Below are positions 57,027 through 64,000 of a stretch of DNA of 64,000 bases, piece after piece. The first letter of the stretch is position 1. Every line of letters starts with the position of its first letter. The notes below the pieces were generated by a model. The model was not told where the DNA came from. It saw only the letters and a list, made by a program, of their open reading frames with translations, and did not search any database. Location: the NCBI GenBank assembly GCA_900540495.1, contig UQGA01000001.1, positions 170,535 to 234,534 of the forward strand, in the 5' to 3' direction. Position numbers and translations under genes: made by a program. Source of the stretch: an uncultured Eubacteriales bacterium. GTDB lineage: Bacteria > Bacillota > Clostridia > Christensenellales > CAG-138.

Positions 57027-58250
57027 TCAACAGAGCCCTCTGGCAGCCGCCAGTTTCCCGAGCGCCCGGCACATGCGGTCAATGGCGTCGGTCGCGCGCT
57101 TATCATCCCAGTAACATCCGATGATCACGCGCAAATGGCCGCTTCCCCTGCTTCCGTACGCCTTTCCGTCATTACAGGCAACCTTTGCTTCCCGAATCAG
57201 GTAGGATACGATCTCCGTGGAATCCCCCAGCGCCGAAACGTCGACCCAGGCCATGAATCCGCTTTCCGGCAGGCGCATGGAAACGCCGGGCACCCTGCTG
57301 AACGCCTCATAGGCGTAGCGTCTTCTGTAATCGTGTTTCCTGTTATAGGCCTCCACAAAGGAAGGGTCACGGAACGCCTCGATGGCGACCAGCTGGGAGA
57401 GCGTGTTGGTCGCGCCAAGCACGTTCACCGCGCCGCCATACAGCACATCCATAATCCTGTCGTCCGCTACGAGATAGCCGACACGAAAACCGGAGAGGCC
57501 CATGCCCTTGGAGATGGAAAACACCGTGACCGTCCGTTCCCACATGCCCGGCAGCGAAGCGAAGGTCACCATCTCCCGTCCGTCAAATATGGTGGATTCA
57601 AAGGCCTGATCGACCACGCAGACAAGATCATGTTTTTCCACAAATGCCGCCAGCTTCTCCAGATCCTCCCGGCAGAACACGGTTGTCGTGGGGTTGTTGG
57701 GGTTGGTCAGCAGGACCATTTTTGTCCTCCCGCTTACGCGAGCCTCAAACGCGTCCATGTCGAGCCGGTAGCCGGCTTCCGCATCCAGGGGAACCGGCAC
57801 CGTGACGCCGCCCAGCAGTTCGGCGTTAAGAAAATTGGAGGGATAGCTCGGGTCCGGTACGAGCACCTCGTCCCCGGCGCAGAGGAAGGGCATCATGGCG
57901 TAGAGCAGGCCGGAATCGGAGCCGGGGGTGATGATGATATTGCGCTCCGGGTCGACATGAAGCGCATTGTCCCGCTCCAGCTTTTTGGCAATCTCCTTCT
58001 TCAGCTCCGTGCTGCCGATGGGCATGGTGTAATGGGAAGGAAAGCCGTTGCGAAGATGCGCAATGGCCGCGTCCATCAGATGCTGAGGAATGGAAGGGTC
58101 CGGATAAAAGGGGTCCGCCCATCCCATCAGCGAAACGCCCTGTGCCTGCAGATCGTTGTAGGCGCTCCCGACATCGGCCTTCGTCACCGTCGAAAAAAGC
58201 CCACCCTCCAGCCTTGCAAACCGGGGATTCATCTTTTGCTTGATTTCCAT
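57027..58250 (-). CDS. Class I/II pyridoxal-phosphate-dependent aminotransferase
   Basis: Track ORF trimmed to ATG 58250. Motifs seen: ITPGSDSGL, LTNPNNPTT and the PLP-lysine motif SISKGMGLSGFRVGY. The start is uncertain because the SD is 13 nt away. Confidence 0.85.
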   Translation of the reverse strand: MEIKQKMNPRFARLEGGLFSTVTKADVGSAYNDLQAQGVSLMGWADPFYPDPSIPQHLMDAAIAHLRNGFPSHYTMPIGSTELKKEIAKKLERDNALHVDPERNIIITPGSDSGLLYAMMPFLCAGDEVLVPDPSYPSNFLNAELLGGVTVPVPLDAEAGYRLDMDAFEARVSGRTKMVLLTNPNNPTTTVFCREDLEKLAAFVEKHDLVCVVDQAFESTIFDGREMVTFASLPGMWERTVTVFSISKGMGLSGFRVGYLVADDRIMDVLYGGAVNVLGATNTLSQLVAIEAFRDPSFVEAYNRKHDYRRRYAYEAFSRVPGVSMRLPESGFMAWVDVSALGDSTEIVSYLIREAKVACNDGKAYGSRGSGHLRVIIGCYWDDKRATDAIDRMCRALGKLAAARGLC

Positions 58251-58317
58251 TTTTACTGCCCTGCTCCTGCAAAGATTGAACGGGGGAGAGAGCGGCTGCT
58301 CCCTCTCCCGTTTGTCG

Positions 58318-59625
58318 TCACCAGTTGTTGAACGTACCGCCGTCCATCCTGAGGCCCTCGGCCACGACATTGAACGCCCGCTCCACGTAGCCGGGCAGCT
58401 CGCTCCAGACCAGCGCGCCGCCCTTTACGACGAGGCTCAGGTTGCGCATGTCGGTCATCTTCTCATCGGGCTTGCCCTTTACCGCAATGATGTCGGCCTC
58501 CAGACCCTCTTTCAGCGTGCCGGTGACATCCTGCAGCCCGCACAGCTCGGCGCCGGTGGCCGTTGCCGCGCGAATGGTTTCCAACGGGCTGAAATCGCCG
58601 TGCGCATTGATCAGCTCCATCTCCAGCACCGTGGCGTTTGTTCCGCGCAGCACGGGGTCGGACGGCACCATATCCGTGCCTACGCACACCTTGACACCAT
58701 GCTTGTGCGCATAGCGGACGGCTGCGCGATGCCCCTCAACGGCGGTCGCCGCCTTTTGGAAGTTGCGCATCGGGAAGCCGTGTTTGGTCATATAATCGAT
58801 GCTGTCTTCCGAGGATACCGCCAGCGTCGGGGTATAGAACTTGCCCTTGTCCGCGATGATCCTGGCCGTTTCTTCGCTCATGGCGTAACCATGCTCTACC
58901 GAGTCCAGGCCGATCAACACAGCGTCCCGAATGGTCGCATCATCGGATAAATGGGCGCAGACCTTTTTGCCGGCCGCATGAACCGCCCAGACGACCGCCT
59001 CAATCTCCTCGTTGGTGACCTGCCGGTCGCAGAGCCCTTCGTGCGCGCCCTCGAGTCCGCCGGTAAGACCCAGTTTAATCATATCCACGCCCTTGGCGAG
59101 CTGTTTGCGCGTTTCCCGCAGAAACTCATCCCTTCCCGAGCACTCGATGGCGCCGTAATCCTCTGAGCCATGCCCACCATGCGCCATGAGCGTCCAGCCG
59201 CAGGTCAGCACGCGCGGCCCCTGCAGCATGCCGATCGACACGGCCTTGCGGATGGCGACGTCAAAATAATCTCCGCCGCCCACGTTGCGCAGCGTGGTCA
59301 CGCCGCAATCCAGCGCCTCTGCCGCGCGGCGGTACGCCTTCAGCGCCCGGAAGGCGGGGCCAAGCGGGTCCAGGCGGAATCCCGCGCCTGGCATTTGCAG
59401 ATCCAAATGGACATGCGTGTTGATCAGGCCGGGCAGAACCGTGTACGCCTTCTTCAGGTCAACAACGCGATCCTCCGGCGTGCTGGACGCCAAAACGGCT
59501 TCGTTGTGCGCCCCGACATAGACGATGCCTCTCTCCTTATTCTCATAGACAAGCATTCCGTCTTCAATCGCCGGTGCACCGGTGCCATCGACAATGCGAG
59601 CATGCGTCAGAAATGTCTTGCTCAT
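58318..59625 (-). CDS. Metal-dependent amidohydrolase (COG1228/imidazolonepropionase-like superfamily member)
   Basis: ATG 59625 follows GGAAGGAG. Motifs seen: LPGLINTHVHLD (HxH), KVCAHLSD, SVEHGY and VCVGTDMV (metal ligands). 435 aa. Confidence 0.85.
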   Translation of the reverse strand: MSKTFLTHARIVDGTGAPAIEDGMLVYENKERGIVYVGAHNEAVLASSTPEDRVVDLKKAYTVLPGLINTHVHLDLQMPGAGFRLDPLGPAFRALKAYRRAAEALDCGVTTLRNVGGGDYFDVAIRKAVSIGMLQGPRVLTCGWTLMAHGGHGSEDYGAIECSGRDEFLRETRKQLAKGVDMIKLGLTGGLEGAHEGLCDRQVTNEEIEAVVWAVHAAGKKVCAHLSDDATIRDAVLIGLDSVEHGYAMSEETARIIADKGKFYTPTLAVSSEDSIDYMTKHGFPMRNFQKAATAVEGHRAAVRYAHKHGVKVCVGTDMVPSDPVLRGTNATVLEMELINAHGDFSPLETIRAATATGAELCGLQDVTGTLKEGLEADIIAVKGKPDEKMTDMRNLSLVVKGGALVWSELPGYVERAFNVVAEGLRMDGGTFNNW

Positions 59626-59651
59626 ACTTTCTCCTTCCATTACGTCCGTCA

Positions 59652-60035
59652 TTACCCTTTGCAGGCAACGACTTCAACCTCTACCAGAATATCCTTGGGG
59701 AGTCTGGAAACCTCAACCGCCGCTCGTGCAGGCAAAACGGCGCCGTTAAAATATGTACCATAGATGCCGTTGACCGTCACAAAGTCGTCCATGTTTTTTA
59801 AAAAGACCGTCGCCTTAACAACACTTTCCATCGTGCAGTCGGCCGCTTCCAGAACCGCTTTGATGTTCTCAAAAACCTGCTTTGCCTGCTCTGAAACACC
59901 GCCGCCAACAATTTCACCCGTTTTCGGGTCTGCCGGTATCTGGCCGGAAACAAAGACCAGATCCCCGGCGCAGACGCCCTGCGAATAGGGCCCAATGGCC
60001 CTGGGGGCGTTGGCTGTTTGAATTACGCTGATCAT
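59652..60035 (-). CDS. ridA: RidA-family reactive enamine/imine deaminase
   Basis: Track ORF trimmed to ATG 60035 (SD AGGAG). APRAIGPYSQGV...VFVSGQIP...ARAAVEVSRLPKDILVEVE is the canonical YjgF/RidA pattern. Confidence 0.92.
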   Translation of the reverse strand: MISVIQTANAPRAIGPYSQGVCAGDLVFVSGQIPADPKTGEIVGGGVSEQAKQVFENIKAVLEAADCTMESVVKATVFLKNMDDFVTVNGIYGTYFNGAVLPARAAVEVSRLPKDILVEVEVVACKG

Positions 60036-60098
60036 CTTTACTCCTGTTGCTATGGCGAACCCGGCAGTCCGGGGTGTATCGCCATACGTCGTACGCAC

Positions 60099-60129
60099 GT
60101 CCCGATGCAGAGGACCTCCGCATCGGGAC
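60099..60129 (-). promoter_or_regulatory. Intercistronic stem-loop just downstream of the binding-protein gene
   Basis: Minus strand GTCCCGATGC-ggaggtcctct-GCATCGGGAC (10-bp perfect stem), 12 nt after the stop, with no U-tract. Confidence 0.5.
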
Positions 60130-60140
60130 GCATCGGTTTC

Positions 60141-61349
60141 TCAGTAGGTCATGAAGGCGCCCAAGATCATCATATAGTTCTCGAGCGTTGCGCCGGTGTT
60201 GTCCACGCCCTGATTGATGCTCACCTCCGGGCCGACAACCTCCTGCATGGTCTGCACAAACACGTCGTAGTCGAACAGCTCCCCGTTCGTATCGCCGTTG
60301 ATATAATGCACGGCGTAGGCGGCGCCCGCCTTAAGGTTGAGCACCTGCAGGGAGATGGCCCAGTTCCCCGCGCGGCCGGTCATGCCCATCTCGGCCAGTT
60401 TGGCAGAGATCTGCTCCGCGGCATAATCCGCATCGCCCTGATACTCGTCGGGAATCTCAATGCCAAGGGCGCTGGGATAGCCGATGAAGGGGGACGGATC
60501 GTTCGGCATGAGGAAGATACCGCCGTTTTCAAGCACCGTCTTGATCATCGGCTCCACCTGTGCCTGATTGGTACCGAAGAAAGCGGTGTCCTTGCCATAC
60601 TGCTCGATCATCTTCGGCACATCCTCCAGCACGAACTGCTGCGTGCCCGTGGTGCCTGCATCGGAAGTCGGGTCAGGCGTGGTCGCATCGATGAACGTAA
60701 TGCCCAGCTCCTTGGCGCGCTCTTCCATATTGTTGCGGCGCTGGAGCAGCAGCTCAACGGCCATGTGACGCGGGAAGGAGTAGTGCACGATCGTTTTTGC
60801 GCCCATCTCATAGGCTGCCTCGGCAAGCTGATAGCCCTGTTCCGCGATGTCGGTGTTGAACACGACATCCGCCGCCGCAGAGATAACGGAAATATCGTCG
60901 GACGGGGAGCCGGCCCACACCATGATGTCCGGGCGCTGTTCCTTCAGCTTGTCGATCATCGCCGCAAAACCGGCCGGCGTACCCGAAATCAGCAGCGCCT
61001 TGACCTCCGGGTCAGCCGCAACGCTCAGGATCGTGGAAAGCGCGACTTCCTGCTCGGTCGTAAAGTTGTCCGGGAAGGTCACGTGCAGAATGTGGCCGGG
61101 ATACTCCTCGGCAACCATCTCCGCCGCCCGGTACGATTCCTCGCCCTGCGTTACGGTGGACGTCATGATTGCGATCTTCCAGTTCTCGGCATCCTCGGTT
61201 CCGTCGCCATTCGCATCCTGATCAGAATCGGGATTCTGCGCATCGCCGGCGGTTGCCGTGGGATCGGAGTCCTGCTGAACATTGCTGGCCGTACAGCCAA
61301 GCGCGAGCACCATCACGAGTGCAAGCAAGAGAGCCAATACTTTTTTCAT
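60141..61349 (-). CDS. Substrate-binding lipoprotein, periplasmic-binding-protein type I fold (DUF3798-like)
   Basis: MKKVLALLLALVMVLALGC is a lipoprotein signal. An Asp/Gln-rich linker is followed by a ~340-aa PBP-like body. The DUF3798 assignment is from memory of the family (WKIAIMTSTVTQGEE..., FFGTNQAQ) and needs an HMM check. Confidence 0.75.
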   Translation of the reverse strand: MKKVLALLLALVMVLALGCTASNVQQDSDPTATAGDAQNPDSDQDANGDGTEDAENWKIAIMTSTVTQGEESYRAAEMVAEEYPGHILHVTFPDNFTTEQEVALSTILSVAADPEVKALLISGTPAGFAAMIDKLKEQRPDIMVWAGSPSDDISVISAAADVVFNTDIAEQGYQLAEAAYEMGAKTIVHYSFPRHMAVELLLQRRNNMEERAKELGITFIDATTPDPTSDAGTTGTQQFVLEDVPKMIEQYGKDTAFFGTNQAQVEPMIKTVLENGGIFLMPNDPSPFIGYPSALGIEIPDEYQGDADYAAEQISAKLAEMGMTGRAGNWAISLQVLNLKAGAAYAVHYINGDTNGELFDYDVFVQTMQEVVGPEVSINQGVDNTGATLENYMMILGAFMTY

Positions 61350-61408
61350 GTTTTCCTCCTAAAAAATATGGTTTCTTCATAACGATGCACCGTTATGAAA
61401 ACTGGAAA

Positions 61409-62089
61409 TCAAAACGCCTGGAGGCCTTCGATGGCATAGACGCGGACGGGACAGGAATCAAGCCCCTTGATGTAGAGGGGCGCAAAGGAGATGAAGAAGG
61501 TCTCCTGCCGCAGCTCCTCCAGGTTCTTGAGCACCTCCAGGAACGTGATGTTCTTCGCCATGCACACGTCGTGGAACGGCTTCACATCCTCGTTCCGGTT
61601 CTCGATCGAGACCCCGTCCCCAAACCCCACGCACTTTACCTCGTGGTCCACCATCCACTGCGCCGTTTCCCCGTTGACGAACAGCCGCCGGTCCTCCGCC
61701 GTGTTCGTCTTCTCCGTGAACGGGGGCAGCTTGTAGGGCGAGTCCAGGATCACCACGTCCCCGCGCCTTACCTTCTTCCCCAGCACCCGATCGAGCACCT
61801 CCCGCGTGATATACCCGTTGGGCGCCACGCCCTCCACCGTCGCATAGATCCCGCGGCCCAGAAAGTTCGTCAACGGCAGCGCCGCGGCGTCCGGCCAGTT
61901 GTCGTCGTGATGATAGGGACATTCGCAATGGGTCCCCAGATGGCTCGTCAGGTCCATGATCGTGTGGTAGTCCGGGATCGGTCCTCCCGTATTGAACCGG
62001 TACAGGTGACACCGCCGTGTCTCCGTCGCCGGATCCAGATATTTCGTCAGATCGATCACCCGCAGATTCCCCAGCTGATAGACACACAT
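61409..62089 (-). CDS. Cyclase-family (kynurenine formamidase/isatin hydrolase-like) metallohydrolase
   Basis: Track ORF trimmed to ATG 62089 (SD GGAGGG). VIDLTKYL...SHLGTHCECPYH corresponds to the family motif HxGTHxDxPxH, with Asp replaced by Glu. Confidence 0.8.
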   Translation of the reverse strand: MCVYQLGNLRVIDLTKYLDPATETRRCHLYRFNTGGPIPDYHTIMDLTSHLGTHCECPYHHDDNWPDAAALPLTNFLGRGIYATVEGVAPNGYITREVLDRVLGKKVRRGDVVILDSPYKLPPFTEKTNTAEDRRLFVNGETAQWMVDHEVKCVGFGDGVSIENRNEDVKPFHDVCMAKNITFLEVLKNLEELRQETFFISFAPLYIKGLDSCPVRVYAIEGLQAF

Positions 62090-62105
62090 CTTCCCTGTCC
62101 CTCCG

Positions 62106-63026
62106 TCATTTCCACTGTTTCCGTTCTTCCATCGCATGCACCAGCGCAACCGCCATTTCATGATATGGCACGGGTACGCCCGCTTCCTTTGCCGCCGCTA
62201 CCACCGAGCCGGCGATCGTATCCACTTCCGTTCGATTCCCCTGTTGCAGATCCGCATAGATCGACGTATATCCCATCCGTGCGTTCGCCAGAACCTGCTT
62301 GATCTCCTCGATCACCCGCTCGGCCTCGAAAGGTCCCACGCCCAGCGCATTCGCCGTCGCCACCGCCTCGCGGGCCAACCGCTCCATCAGGTCACAGGCA
62401 TGAGGATTCTCCAATATGAACCCCAGCGGCGCCTGCAGGATTCCCGTCAGCGTGCTGGCCGCCGAGTTCAGAAATAGTTTGCTCCAAATCTGGCGGGCCA
62501 CACCGTCTGAAATGGAACATGCAAAACCGCATGCGGTCAGCGTGTCGGCAATGGGCCTGATCCGTTCGCTGTCCCCGCCCAGCAGACCGATGCTCGTCCT
62601 GCCGCTGCCGCCGTGCCGGACATGCCCGTTGCCCAGCAGCGAACTGTTGTGTTGCGTGGTCCCGATGATGACGTGCTCGCGGTCCGCAAACTGCAGCAGC
62701 TTCGACTCGTGCCCCGCGCCGTTTTGCAGCGTCATCACATAGGTCTCCGGTCCGATCAGCCCCCGGTTCGCCTCCAGTGCCGCTATCGTATACATCGATT
62801 TCACAAATACGATGACAAGATCCATCCGATCCAGCCCTGCACACCGGGTCCCGGCTTTGGGATGAAACACCTCGTCCCTGCCCTCGTTGGAGACAACGAC
62901 ACCATCGGCACGGATTTTCTCGACTCTGCTTTGATCGACATCGATCAGAAACACGTCGTTTTGCCGGGATAAATACCCGCCAAACAACATTCCCATTGCC
63001 CCGGCGCCCAATATTGCAATTCGCAT
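62106..63026 (-). CDS. Ketopantoate reductase (PanE/ApbA)-family 2-oxoacid reductase
   Basis: MRIAILGAGAMGMLFGGYL is the Rossmann motif. Also seen: VFVKSMYT, TLQNGAGH and the C-terminal ApbA_C domain (YTSIYADLQQGNRTEVD). First gene of the operon. Confidence 0.85.
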   Translation of the reverse strand: MRIAILGAGAMGMLFGGYLSRQNDVFLIDVDQSRVEKIRADGVVVSNEGRDEVFHPKAGTRCAGLDRMDLVIVFVKSMYTIAALEANRGLIGPETYVMTLQNGAGHESKLLQFADREHVIIGTTQHNSSLLGNGHVRHGGSGRTSIGLLGGDSERIRPIADTLTACGFACSISDGVARQIWSKLFLNSAASTLTGILQAPLGFILENPHACDLMERLAREAVATANALGVGPFEAERVIEEIKQVLANARMGYTSIYADLQQGNRTEVDTIAGSVVAAAKEAGVPVPYHEMAVALVHAMEERKQWK

Positions 63027-63080
63027 ACAAGCTCTCCAACCCATCAGAATTTCGTCGTCAAGTGATTAATAATACATTCG

Positions 63081-63095
63081 ATTGCAGTAATTGCA
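63081..63095 (-). promoter_or_regulatory. Direct repeat ATTGCA-gta-ATTGCA at or just downstream of the operon -10 box (candidate operator)
   Basis: Plus strand attgcagtaattgca. The second copy abuts the -10 hexamer. The inverse heptamer ATGCAAT recurs at 63293-63299, across the regulator start. Confidence 0.3.
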
Positions 63096-63123
63096 TCATA
63101 CCAGTAAAAACTTGTTTTGTCAA
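63095..63123 (-). promoter_or_regulatory. Near-consensus sigma-A promoter of the nine-gene accessory operon
   Basis: Minus strand TTGACA-17 nt-TATGAT, with an A/T-rich UP-like tract further upstream (63124-63170). Confidence 0.6.
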
Positions 63124-63196
63124 TGCACTATTTTAATGTTTTTGAACTATTTTTTCTTCCCTGTTCTTTTTTATTCATTCGTTGCGTTTTCCTCCA

Positions 63197-63225
63197 TTGC
63201 CTTTGCGTTTGTTTTTCGATATACT
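63197..63225 (+). promoter_or_regulatory. Sigma-A promoter of the divergent YheO-like regulator gene
   Basis: Plus strand TTGCCT-17 nt-TATACT, about 60 nt upstream of ATG 63287. Confidence 0.5.
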
Positions 63226-63286
63226 ATATACTGTGATTCGCAAATGTCATTGGAACAAAACAAGGTGAAAACAGGATGGTGTTACT

Positions 63287-63970
63287 ATGAGTATGCAATT
63301 GTGCGAAACCGACAGAGCGATCCTGCAGTCCTACCGCTCCGTTGTCGACGGTCTGGCCGAATTCTGGGGACAGGGCATTGAAATCGTGCTGCACAGCCTT
63401 GAGGATTACGACAAGGCTGCCGTGAAGGTTGTCAACGGCCACTACACCGGGCGCAAAGAGGGCGCCCCGCTGACCGACCTCGCGCTGAGCATGCTGCGCC
63501 AGATTCAGCACAGCGGCGATAACCACAAAAATCTCATCTATGCCAACAAAAGCAAAAGCGGAGCTCCCATCCGCTCGGCGACCCTGCCGATTGTAGGGAA
63601 GCATGGAACGATCATCGGTCTGCTTTGCATCAATTTTTATCTGGACATTCCTCTGCACCTGTTTTTCAACGAATTGTTTGAAGTGGGCTCGGTTGAAAAC
63701 CTGCCGAACGAGACGTTCGCCAGCAGCGCCGACGAGCTGATCGAAACCACGTTGGTAAAAGCCCGTGAGGAGGTCTATGCCAACCGTAGCATCCTTTCCT
63801 CGAATCGTAACAAGGAAATCATAGCAATCCTGCACGACAGGGATATCTTCCGACTCAAGAACGCCGTATCCAAGGTTTCGGAAATGCTGGGCATTTCCCG
63901 CAATACGGTCTATCTGCATCTGCGCAATCTGCAGAACGAAAAAAAGGGAGACGGGCCTTTCTCCTCATAG
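63287..63970 (+). CDS. YheO/DauR-family transcriptional regulator (PAS-like sensor domain plus C-terminal HTH)
   Basis: 227 aa. LQSYRSVVDGLAEFWGQGIEIVLHSLEDYDKAAVKVVNGHYTGRKEGAPLTDLAL is the YheO-like PAS domain. The C-terminal KNAVSKVSEMLGISRNTVYLHLRNL is an HTH. Confidence 0.85.
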   Translation: MSMQLCETDRAILQSYRSVVDGLAEFWGQGIEIVLHSLEDYDKAAVKVVNGHYTGRKEGAPLTDLALSMLRQIQHSGDNHKNLIYANKSKSGAPIRSATLPIVGKHGTIIGLLCINFYLDIPLHLFFNELFEVGSVENLPNETFASSADELIETTLVKAREEVYANRSILSSNRNKEIIAILHDRDIFRLKNAVSKVSEMLGISRNTVYLHLRNLQNEKKGDGPFSS

Positions 63971-64000
63971 TCGTCAGTCGTCGTATTTTGCTGCGCGCCG

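Noticed and set aside
63224-63919. 231-aa minus-strand ORF overlapping the YheO-like regulator gene.
   Set aside because: The plus-strand frame has clear PAS-like and HTH family features, an SD and a promoter. The minus-strand product has no recognisable features.

Overview
This is a high-GC (by eye roughly 60-65 %) Clostridia-type chromosomal segment. It probably comes from a spore-forming Oscillospiraceae/Ruminococcaceae-like anaerobe; that is an inference from pro-sigma-K, a YlxY-like deacetylase, SepF/DivIVA and Bacillus/Clostridium-like core gene order.

I call 64 protein-coding genes, 62 of them on the minus strand, arranged in long co-directional operons:
(i) pepP-efp plus a zinc-ribbon gene, DUF1846, and sigK.
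(ii) hslVU, a SleB-like lipoprotein, rnj, ylbF, mltG.
(iii) ylqF-rnhB-yraN, a 1290-aa double GT-C glycosyltransferase, gtrA, comM-dprA-topA-trmFO.
(iv) ylxM-ffh-rpsP-KH-rimM-trmD-rplS.
(v) yceD-rpmF-plsX-acpP-rnc-smc-ftsY.
(vi) a ylxY-like deacetylase, an M16 peptidase, a dUTPase-like gene, a HlyD-like gene, yggS-sepF and a DivIVA-like gene.
(vii) rimP-nusA-ylxR-ylxQ-infB-rbfA-nrnA-truB-ribF, a P-loop kinase, rpsO-pnp.

The last ~11 kb (53076-63970) is different. It has visibly lower GC and an AT-rich divergent control region. It carries a nine-gene operon under a divergent YheO/DauR-type regulator: a PanE-like reductase, a cyclase-family hydrolase, a DUF3798-like binding lipoprotein, RidA, an amidohydrolase, an aminotransferase and a CUT2-type ABC transporter. 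This operon is my best candidate for an undescribed uptake/catabolic system. The second candidate is the double GT-C glycosyltransferase with its GtrA partner.

I recognised no rRNA, tRNA, CRISPR array, transposase, integrase or prophage gene.

Two technical points affect the coordinates. The ORF track prints M for TTG/GTG starts, and many track ORFs are 5'-extended into the neighbouring gene. I re-placed starts using Shine-Dalgarno spacing and family N-termini. Long plus-strand ORFs antisense to real genes are treated as high-GC artefacts. All functional calls come from reading the translations by eye, with no database search, so they need HMM/BLAST confirmation.
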